The translations under genes and the position numbers were made by a program. The notes under the pieces were generated by a model that saw nothing but the letters and a program-made list of their open reading frames with translations, was not told where the DNA came from and did no database searches. Shown piece by piece: positions 27,601-39,600 of a DNA stretch of 64,000 nucleotides. The stretch is from positions 25,741 through 89,740 of the forward strand of contig NMRA01000953.1 in the NCBI GenBank assembly GCA_002633005.1, given 5' to 3'. This DNA is from Phoronis australis (lineage: Eukaryota > Animalia > Phoronida). Positions within the stretch are counted from its first letter, which is position 1. Every line of letters begins with the position of its first letter.

Positions 27601-30600
27601 GGCCTTTGAGGACTTCAACAAAGTGAAAGTAAATTATGTCAAAAATGACATAATTTCTGTGTAACTTAAGATCGAAGACAAAAATTTGACTTTCTATACA
27701 TAAACCAGTCTTCTCGGAATTTTCGTCATCAGTCTTAAATTAACCAGAATTTCGGTCGTAGCTTAGATAATCTTTGGTCTTCTAAGACTTAAACGCCTTA
27801 ATCTTTGGTCAGTTTTCATGAAAGTAGTCCCAGATTTTATTTAATTGATAATTTTGTTGAAACACAACTATGCACTAGCAGCAAACGTATCAAAACACAT
27901 CAGCTGCAGTTTTGCTACAAAATCTCCGCGGCCATTACATGGATAGTCAGTTTACCGCGCCCTGCAGTGCGCGGCAACACGCTGTCCAACATTTAGGTTG
28001 AGCTCTGATACGCCGTAAAACGTAACAATTTCGTAAAATGTAATGACACTTTACGTCATTGTTGCATTTCACGTTACCAGGCCTCTCCTAACATGTACAA
28101 AGTTGTTAAATTTTATGAAATTGTTACAATTTACGTCGATTGTACATGCGAGAAATATACAATTTTTACATTTTACGAAAACGACGTCATACTCCATGGT
28201 ATTTGTCTTACGGAGGAAAAGGGTTCACACCATTAACGGCTTCTTTATCGGATCGAATTTTTAGATGTGTCCTGTGCTTTCCATTGAATTTTTATCATGA
28301 ATATTTTTAGTGTGGTCACAAGTGTACCCCGTACAGTTTCAACTCCAGGCGAAAGGAGTTTCCAGGATCAAGTAACAACTCTGTTACTGTTGGAGAGTTC
28401 TTGCAATCTTATGTTGACAAGTCATGAACCAATGGTGTAACCAAGAAACAATGCCTCTTGGCGCTTTCTGGGTCTGTATATTTATTGTACTGATTATTCC
28501 AAAATAAACACTCAATAAAAATGGTGCATCCGACATTACAGTAAACATTCTTCCCTTGGTAAGCACAGCAGAAGCAATGACATCGTATTTGTACATGTAT
28601 ATGTTACTAACGCACACGAAGAAAATTGTGGGATATTACATGTATATCGCGATAAGTAATATGCAAGCCAATTTAGACGAAAGGAAAAGTACGTATAGCG
28701 TGAACTACTTTTAACGAATCTTTAGTGTTAAGCGGTAACATCTGTATAAATGTCTTTTTGTTATTGTATACATGTATGATTTGCCTATTTTTTGTACGTT
28801 CTCATTGGGAATGGTGACTTACAGTATATGTCCAACTTGTGGCTGGGTAGCAATTGCTACAGGTCAATTAATTAAATGAATATTGATTAACTGATTGATT
28901 GATATATGTCGTTGCGAATTTGTTAAAAAACTTGAACTTATAAAGTGTGTGTTTATTTCATGTAAACTAGGAGCAGTTGTAAACAAATCAAAATATGAAA
29001 CAAATTTACATGAAATTACTAATTAACAGCCTTCTGCTACTTGTACTTCTGAACTGGCATTAGGTTGAGCAGACGATAGGAAGCAAACGTTGTTTTAAAG
29101 AAGATTAATGAAAAAAATACCTGTTAAATTTTTATAGAATCAATAAAATAATATCGTAATACAAAACATGTTATACCCATTATCGATTTTTGTTTGCTTT
29201 CATTGACTAAATACAACACGGTAAGGACAAAGAAGTATTTGACGTAGTAATACATATATATCTACCATGGCAACGACTGATTTATGACTAGTTGGCCAAA
29301 TAAGGGCGCTGCATTGTTTAGGTTGCGTGTTTGCGTACTTTAAACACAGTTTTCACCTTAAAGTTCATCAAGTTTGTTGAAATTAAATTTCATTTGATAT
29401 TTATTTGAATGATACGTTTATGATTTGTGCTATATATTTGGTCCAGTTGTCACATGTGTTTTTCAATTATCGGAGACTCAAACACCAATGCTGTGAGTGT
29501 GAGCATTGGGTGGGGGAGTAGAGTTTAAAAAACTACCGTTACTCTTATAGGTTTAGTCCACCAAATACATTACACCTTACGGCATTGTCAAGGATATTTT
29601 TCTAGAGATGATAAGGGTACATGTATTTGCTCTATACAAAAATACGGAAAAGTAGTTTTGTTGTATTTCACGGTGTGATAACACAGATATTTCAAATCCG
29701 TACCATCACCAATGTATGATAATGGCTAAGTTGCATTTCTTCGGGAAAAGTCTACAATAAAATGTTTCATGGCAGTTTCAATTCGGGAGCCAATTTGATA
29801 GAAAACCGTTTAGTCCTATTAGTAATACAACCAACGATACCGTGCTTTGAAGTTGCCGCAAGTCCAAGACAATTTTTAATCTCAACCTCCTCTTTTCCAA
29901 AAAGTGGGCCTATTCTGCATCCACAGCTACCAAAGTGTTTCTCACAATATCGTTAATGAGAACCCCTTTAAAATCCTTTTGAAACAGCACTCGCTGTCCT
30001 TTATGGGATGCCCGGTGAAAATATTGAACCATAAATGAGATGATTTTAAAATCTTTGAGGACCATGATGCACTAGCACTTGCTAAGAATGTAGTTTAAAT
30101 TTTGCACTAAGTCCTCGTTCGAAAATGTTAATACTAATAATAACAGTAATAATGATAATGATTAGTCAAATTTATGCCGCGTCAACATGGAGGATTTTTC
30201 TGTAGAAAAGGCATACAAAAAGGGCCGACCAAAAGAGTGTTTTTTCATAGCATATAATACTTTCCAAAATAGTGCCATTTTCGACAAAATGCTATCTCAA
30301 ATGGTGCCTTTTCTGAATTTCTGGAATTTTTACATAAAATTACTGACTCGATAAATGGGCAATTTTTTGTCCGAGCCCATTCTCTAAATGAGTAGGTATC
30401 CAAATATTCGCCCAAAAATGCTCGAGTACTCCTGACCGTAGTTTTGGTCATTTTCCTTGTGATATGACGTTGGTTTCGTAAACTGTGTCAATGATACATT
30501 TCTCGAACGCGGATTCGACGTAAAATGCAACATGTAAGCAAAATGTAACAACTTGCTCCATTTTAGAAGAGTCTTAGCAACGTTCAGTGTAACAATGACG

Positions 30601-33600
30601 TAAAATGTAACAGTTGTTACATTTACGAAATTATTACATTTTATGGCGTATGAGAGCTCAAATGATCAGTCACAACATACGTATGGATTATAGCGATAAG
30701 ATTTAGTAACGGAAAAATTCCGCGATGACGAATCTTTATTTCACTATAGAAGTGTCAGTACGTTCGATATTTAGGTCTCCTAAATGTAAAAAGATAAACC
30801 TCTCCATTCTTGACCAGTCAGGAATGCAAGCCGCCTCAAACGAAAAGCCAGCCGGAAGGACATCATTCTGTCAGCACATCTCTCCATGTTGTCATCATCT
30901 TCGTCTGCATTTCTGCAGTCCGGACACGGTGCACCTTCAACGCCACACCATTTGCTTGTTGCTTCTCCATTAGCAAACGAAACGTCATTCATGTAGTAAT
31001 AGAAAAGCCTAGCAACATAGAAGTTAAATTACTTTGTATGCGTCAATTTCTTTGTGATGGTATCGCATGCATACACAGTCACAGGCATTTCGAAGGTTAC
31101 TGGTTACGCGAGCTGGAAGGGTAGGTGAAAAGTGTTTGTGCAGCTATGACTTATTCTTAATCGTCTTCTTCAGTTGAGCAGTTGACCAGCTTCCAGTTTG
31201 GTTACTGCTTTGATGTTTCACGGAAAAAATAACACCAAGTGTCACTGTTTTAACCTTTGAAATTTTATCTTTTGAGGTAGTGATATAAAATTTATGTTAT
31301 ACATTTGCTTTGAAAACCATTTTTAAGGCGGATGTGTATTGAATTCGAGTTTTAAAAAATGTCAGAGCCCAAGATTCAGAGTGCTTATCTCTACACTGTC
31401 TATACTGTGGATCCTTTTGTTCAGCCTATTATTTTTAGTCTTATTTGGTTATGAATTGACCATAGACTATTTATTCATGATATTTTGTTCCATTGCCACG
31501 GTGCAAAATTGTGAAGAAGTACAAGCAACAATACGACAGACACAATGAAAGGATGGGTGCATTCAGCAACATACGGGACGGCACTAGATTACAGGTCTTC
31601 TTCCACTGCTCGTGAGCTTACTACTGTATTCAAGTTTCTGAATTTTAGGCAGGTTTGGTGATGACTATACAAACCCCAGTCTCTACTTATAAGTAGAGAC
31701 GGTGGCAATGCCATGAGGCGTTCCTACGGGGGAAGCTTTTCGCTGAATTATGCCTCTGACTCATTAAACGATTGAAGTCACGTTGCTATTTTTTCATTTT
31801 GTGCATAGAGGGAGACATTAGGAGGTCGTCCTTCCAACTTGAACCAATACTGCCGCAATTAAACTTTTTGGAGCAGTCATTCGTCCAGTTGCCCAAAACG
31901 GCAGCTAGCCATTTTTACACTCCTCGCGACAAGATAAATAACGTCATACGGCTACATCTCAGCAAAAATACTTAGGAGGAAACCTCCATGCATTAGTTGT
32001 TTAGCGTGTATTGTACAGTTCTCAACTAAGGAAATGAAATTGCAACACACAATGCAATGAGAATTTGAAAATTGAACCTTTCTGATCAAATTTGAGAAAA
32101 TGTTGTCCTAAACGCCATGTAATAATTTGAATAACATACATGTATTTAGCATGTGATTTGTTGAAATATTTGACTGTCAAAGGTTACTGCAGTTGTGACT
32201 TTTTTCCGTTCACAATTTGTGAGAATACATGAACTACTTGTAATTCGATAACACAGAAATTACGAGAGTTAATATATTTTTACTAGCATAACAACAATTG
32301 CTTCCTTTCTCGGAATAACAGCTAACATACAATTGCGCAAAATCACCCTCAAGTCATCCTTATACTAATTGCATACAAGCTGCATCGAATAGTACCTGTG
32401 AAACCTTTCATCGTCTCTTGTGATTGGAGCAGCTATTGGAAGACAAACGTCATCCATCGACCATTCTGCATCGGTAGACTTCCCTTCACTTAATTCAGGA
32501 AATCTATCACCACACCAGCTTAGACTTGGAAAATCACCTGCCGAAAATAAAAACCGCTTAGAATCCATTTTGCTTTTAAACTTTCCCAAGATAACATCAA
32601 AGTTTATCAAAATTAACGTGCCTACCGCCACACAACTGTGTTTGACGGCATTGCCACAACGAACTGACTTTCTTCAAATTCCAGATTAGTGCAGTGCTAA
32701 ATTTGTGTTTTTAAAGGATGCTGTTCTGAATCAGTAAAGAAGTGGTACAAAATTGAACTTACGACCAGTGAAAACAGGCTTCACGTCCACTTTTTTCGTT
32801 GAATAATCAACATCTATTGTCACAAGGTTCACGGCATTCTCGTTTTGCTTGTGTGTGTATAATGCCCCGCTGCTACCAGTCATAACAAATTTTCCAGAGG
32901 AATTTCCACAGAGGGCAGTTGGTTGAGTCCTGAATCGAGCATCAGAAGAACTTGCCTTAAGTAAGTTTTCTGAATCTAAGACCTCTTGTAAGACCGAGCA
33001 GGCTGGATTGCGATAAATTAAAGTAGGATCGCCGGACGTGATTACGACTTTTGGCTTAACGGCACTCAAGAAACTGCCAGTGTTAGCTTCACTACGGTTA
33101 CTACCGTGACGCCCAAGCTTGTAAACATCAGCAGTGACGTCAGTATTAAGCTTAAGCAAGTCAACTGATTGTTTTTCAGAAACATCGCCGACAAACAGCA
33201 TTTTGAAATGAGCATTTATCAATTTCAAGACCAGGCCACTTTCAGAAGATTTAGATCCAATTTGAGAAGACAAAATCTGCAACGATACTCCTGGGCACAC
33301 AGCTTTCTCGGGACATTGTTGTGCTCCAAGACATCGTTGAATTTTTATATGAGTAAATCGTTGTAACGTTGAAGACATCTCTCTATTTCCAGAGGACGAA
33401 TAGTACAAGTTGATGGACGGTAATTGTCCCAATACATCCGTCAACAGGTTCTTGCGACCATCATCTGTTCCCGTCAAGAACACGTGTTTTATTCTATGAA
33501 CATTCTCTTTTCCCATAAACGTAGAAACATGGGAGCTTTGCCAGAAACCTTTATCTGAAGACGATCGGGAGCCCATATCGACAAGTGTGATGTCACCGTT

Positions 33601-36600
33601 AGGGCACTGTATTATGGTAGCATCACCTTCGCCTACAGGGAGATCAAACACTCGCAGCTTCTTTGGTTGCGCTTTCGGCATAACTGAAATCATACCACAA
33701 AAATAAAAATATAGTGATAAGTCTGGACACGAGGACTCCTATTTCCATATTCAAACATGTATATGTGTAAGGTAAATGCAAAAATACAATAATATTAATA
33801 AATCAAATTGGCATTGTACCAACGCTTTTTAAAAATTAATACAACTTTTCAATGACCCATTGTTAACATTCAAAAACGCAAATCAAGGCAATGCAAATCA
33901 AATTAATAAAATTGTGTCACATCTTCTCATACTATGATTTAATATTACGTGTACATGTACCCTGAAATGTACGAATACTGTCAAAACATGAACTGTGACC
34001 CATTTGATCACTGCTTACTTAATTGGGCCACTTCGTCTGGTGGAACGATATACGATCCCCCAATTCCTTCTGTCAGGACTTATATCAGTTTGATAGCATA
34101 TTTTAATAATATTAAAATACTCACTACTCAAGTATCTCGTGTTTTTGGACTGAAGACTGGGTTGAACACCTACAGTTACGCCGTGTTTACTTCGTTTGAC
34201 ATTGCAGAAATTTGCACATGTTGCAAGATCTGATAGTTTATTCATAACGAGAGCGTGGTCTTCCGCTGAAGACGAAGACGATGTCACATCAAGGGTCACC
34301 AGACGACCTTCTGCCACCATATCAGACGGATCAAGCGGATTTTTGACGATTAGCTTACCTACAAAATCAAATTAAGTAATTGTGGACAATCCAAGCTATT
34401 TGGTCTAGAAAATGCGGCGTGGTGTACAACATGTTAGTGATATTTTTGCTTATTCATGTATTTGGAAGCGTGCAACAAACGACCCAGTTATTAAGAGATA
34501 CTTACGATTTTCCCATCCTGTTTCTTTCCTTATAAGTTTACTAAACTTCAGAACCATAGACGCCATGTTGGGGTGCATTGGGGGTGTGCTTGATGTGAAG
34601 ACGATATTTCCTTCAGATAATGACATTAGTCTAAACAAGAAAAATACAAGTTTAAATAATTCATTTGCAATAAGAAAAACATGTTGGTGTTTGCTGAATT
34701 TAAAAATCCCCGTGATATTTTGATCCACGTCGGTTGTAATCCTAATTTCGGAGATAGTATTTCATCAATGATAAGGTAAAACTTATTCCAACAATCAAAA
34801 CTATTGGTTGGATTGACACAACATCGAGCACAACAAAACAATTTTTCAAGATGGCAATTACACAGCTATACATGTACTACTTACATCGTGCATGCTGAGC
34901 GACAACAGCTGTCAAAATTTTAAGAAAGAATCACGCCGAAGTGTTTTACCTGTTTTTCCCCGATTTAGTAGAGGAAGGGTTGCAAGGTTTGACTGCTTCC
35001 ACAGCGCAAGTTAGCCTTTCAGCGCTAGCGAGGTACAAGGGTTTCTTCAAAAGCGAAGTTTTCGCTGTCTGCAATTCCGTCAGAATATCCCATTCCCTAA
35101 GAATATACTGAGCTGTTAATTAACGACCACACCCACCTTATTCATAATGTTTTGTTGGACAAAAAAAACATAGTCGAAAGTATTGTCAAAACTGAAAGCT
35201 AACTTACCATAATGTTCCAATGACAGACATATTTAGTTTAGTTGGTTTCATTTCCCACACCATGTCCAAAGTCAGATTAGCGTTGAATGTTCCAACCATC
35301 GCATATCCCATTGCTGACTGAACATCAAATTTCATCTGCACAGTGGGCTCAACTCTGAAGTAGAAAGAAGTACATGTAACATTCACGAATTCCATGATGG
35401 GTCCAATTATTCGTCAATAGAAATAACTGGTTTTTTCGTAAAATGATATTACGTGTTCTTAAAATTGTATATTGCCTCGACTAATTTGTAAACTTACCTG
35501 ACTGTTAATGGTGCATTGAGCGTCATCTCAAATATTGACTCAGCCACTGTCCACTTGAAGGCTGTTTCGAACTCAACCTTAAAAGTATTTCCGATAGTAT
35601 CAAAAACAGAAACGTACAGTTCACCTGACTTGATATCTCTTATGCTTGCTTATTCGACACTCAAACAATAAGCTTTCTTTAAAGATCAAGATTTCCCACA
35701 TTACGGAGGTTACAATAAAGACACATACACCATGTTTCAACAAGTTTGTGGAATTAAATATCAATGAAATACTATGATGTAAAGGTATTCAATTACCTGC
35801 GGGAAAATACTGACAGTCCCCGACACGTCTGCTGCTTTTTCGACTACTGATTTGCTAATTGTGACAGGTGCATCGTCGCGCAAAACATCAATCTTCAACA
35901 TCCGATCTGACACTTTTGTACTTGCTAGTTTCCACACGATGGTGGGAAAACAAAGTTTCAGTCAAATGGTGAAACATTCCAGTGGCGTTAAGGAATATAA
36001 CATTGACTCAATGAACCAAGCAACTAACACTGCCAACAACTTTTATTTCCTTTTTGCACTCTAACCACATCGAAGCTCAACATGTAAATTCGCAAACTAC
36101 GTACATACTACACCATTGCAAAGGAGAAGTAAATATCAGTACATGCATGTACATGTATTGGATGTCATGGCCGGCATTTAGTCGATCATTTGTTTTACCA
36201 TTATCTCAATAAATTGAGAACTGTATCTTATGTTATGGAATAACACTACTGTATGTTAAACGTGTACTTACTAACAGTAAATCTAGACGTTGTGTTAAAT
36301 GCTGTGTCCAGAGACATTGCAGCACTTGCTTCAAATGAAGCATTTAGCCACAGCTCAGCCGTTGAAGACACCACCAGGCTCACGTCTTTACTGACTGGGA
36401 TTTGAAACGTCTGGGGATTTTCTGCTCTCCATAGTTGCTGGAGGACCTCAGTGCTGAATTCTTCTTTGGTGGTGAGGGACATCGTATAACTCAAGCTTGC
36501 TTCCACATCAAACTGTAATGACACGGACACTTCATTATTGCTTCTGTTAGTATCATTTAAAAATATCATTCAAAATATTCGACTTCAAGCCTTTGATGAA

Positions 36601-39600
36601 CTCAAAGGACAGAACTTTGTCTGAATCTGTCAAACTATGGATTATTTTGTAATTAAGTAAAACATGTCACCAATATGGGAAGGCGTCGACATTTATGCAT
36701 AACTGAATCGGATACTTGACTGGTTCAAGTCACGTTGAAAACTGCTGAACACACACGTATAATTATGAAAACGTTAGTATGGAGACTGTTATGGTTGATT
36801 GGGTTAAAAGTTTGTTCAGGGTCGGCAGCTGATTACTTACCTGTAGCATGTACTTTTCAAACACAACCCGCTGATCCTTGTCTCGACTAATTTTTAGCTC
36901 ACTGAAATATCGAATACATCAATGATACATGTAGATGAACATTGATAACCAAAGCGTATAACGAATTCGAGTTTAAAATTTTCTACTTCATCATTTCCCT
37001 TATTTTGTTTTCTTTTTCCAGTCGATAAATAAATTATCTCAAGGCAAGGAAAAACAGAATTAGATATTGGCTTGAGCTGATGGCTCTTCCATACAATTGG
37101 GTGTTAATAATTATGGTATGGGTATCAAGTGTCAGTCTTTTCACATGACGTCATTGGCCACACCACGTGATGTACATGTTAAGTCTGACAAAATCTCTAT
37201 CGCGATGTAAGATCGAACTTGGGACATTATGATAAGACGCTCTTGTCCACTAAGCTACTGGAACCACCTGCCGATTACAGAAGTCGTCCTTGTAAGAAAA
37301 TTTCCAAACACTTCTTACCGTACCATATGAACGCGATGAATGACAACAGGACAATCGTATGCATTTACATGCATCAGCAAGTTTGAGTAAGATGCCTCCT
37401 ATAACGTGGATTGTATTTCTGTGGTCGACGATTGGTCCCAGTACACTGTTAGCTCAATGGCCCAGAGCTTCTGCACAATTAGCAGGAAGTCACGAGTTCG
37501 AGGCTCAGTCAGAACAGACATTTTTTCAAAATTTATTATAGGTAACGCAATAAGACCAATAAACATGTATTTCGTGTAAGGAAATCAATAATTCTTACTG
37601 ATTGGCTCTTACAATTTAGAAAACGATGTTGGACTTTGAAATGTCTTTAAGTAATAACGATACTTTATACCGACTGTTGTAGTACATGTATGTCAATGTG
37701 ACAAGCGGCCTCAACTAGTTGACAGCAGAAAAGAGGTAGCTTATGTAACACTATGAATAGGTGAAGTATTACTTACAAAGTCACTGCAGTTGCAAAATTT
37801 GCAAAACACGACGCGCAGTTTATTTCTGCTCCAGTACTGGTTCCCTTCTTTACGTCATCATCTTGTTCTTTTTTTGCCATTCGGAGCCACTCATTCTTTT
37901 TGACATCGAATACAGCTTCTTTGCGCTTCGTTAGTCCAACAGTGAAAGCACTTCCCGCATTACCGCTCTTGCGGTCATAGTTGATATCTTTAATGAATTT
38001 ATTTGAACAGGACTTGTTCAAATATATAGGGAAAATTTCTGAGAACACGTCCGCCTTAGAAAGCTTCTGGCTTTCCGTAGACCAGCTAGACGTTGCACTT
38101 CTCTTGCTTCGATGGTATTCACTTGTCCCGGTGTGATAGAATATGTCGACATTTTCAAACACGTCGACGAAACTGAAATTTGTACCTTTCACTATTTTAT
38201 TACTGTATATTGCAACGACACCGTCGACTAGTTAACTTAAGAAGGTGGTCGACAATCAAAGCATTATTGTACACTGCTGGGACTGAATGATTTTGGGAAA
38301 GTACAAGTGGCTCTCGGCCGTTGGGTTGGTAAAAAACTCAAAACTTACTAAATCTCGTTAAATACATACTTCCATTGGTAAAGTTACACGAATCAGATAT
38401 AGTTGTCGTTACACCACTTATTCCTGTGGCAAAATAATGCACAGCCATTGCGATGATTCTCTTTGGCTCTTTTGTTTTTTAAGCACGAGTTAGTGTTTTA
38501 GTTGATGCCAGACCTCCAAATAATTGTGCACGTGTGTGGTTGCGTGAGTGTATGCGTGTGTGTGTGTGTGCGTGTGTGTACGCGCGTGTGCGTGTGTGTT
38601 TTTTGTGAGTGTTTTCCACATGTACATGTGTCCCATTATTTACATCCGTACCTTATGCACTGGCAATAAACTATTTAAATTAAATCATCGACGTTTGAAA
38701 AAAGACCACTCTATAATACACACAAACTATGTAGTATTACGTGTAAATTTGCTCATCAATGTAGGATGTGAATAAAAACACTATACCTTGCGTCCGAGGA
38801 TTCTATCACGACTTCGTTATTTACGATTGTAATCTTTCCTATCTTCCTCAAATCTCCTTTACCACCCCCATAATTCCCACCTGTTAAACACAAACAGAGG
38901 CACTACTTAAACATAACTCCATACAAGAATGTAGAACGGTGTCCACCGTCTAGCTTATTGGAATCTATCGACGAAAGATATACTATATATAATAAATTTC
39001 GGTGCGTTTTGTTGATGAGCGTTTCTAGAATGAAGGTGCAAAACGCTGCATGCACATTGACCCCGAGATCTGCCTAGAAGTATGAACAAAATATAACACT
39101 TATACATGCTATTGGCCCTGATTTCTGCATTAATTCATCCCATTATATTCCATTGAAACTGTTAAACAGTACACACCATGGATTTTTGCACATTTTGAAT
39201 TACCGGTGGTCACAGACTAAATGTATGACGTAAAATTTAGTTAAACCCATGTTTATTTTGTGTAATTAGCTCGAAATTTTGATTTTTCTTTCAATTTTGC
39301 CAATTTTCACATTTCCCGCCATGTGACGTCATGGGTTGAACACAAGAGATCAGTGACTAGCATTGAACAATGGCGGAGAGCAGGGAATTTGAAAGCGACG
39401 ACGATTATGAGCAAGAATTGAACGAATACTATGAAAAAACGTACGGGCATGGTGGCCAGGATGAGGAAATGGGGTTGCACGAAAGCGAGAACAAGTTTAA
39501 TGTGCTTCCGGCTGCGTACTTTTCTACTTTGAGCCTTACGAACTGGATCCTCCCGCGAGAGAAGCTGCCTCGGGCTCGGCGAGTCATCCCAGTCATCCAA

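Noticed and set aside
26078-32537. Calling the gene a true hedgehog (hh) orthologue or Hedgling
   Set aside because: No N-terminal CGPGR after the signal peptide, no GCF/Hint autoprocessing domain after either Hedge domain, and no VWA, cadherin or TM segments seen.
32731-33693. Stand-alone bacterial comEC-like gene or bacterial contamination
   Set aside because: It has canonical phase-matched splice sites joining it to flanking eukaryotic exons, and there is no operon context.
37610-37675. Alternative exon 5 of the mosaic gene
   Set aside because: It has an in-frame TAA in the required phase; exon 36901-36841 fits cleanly.
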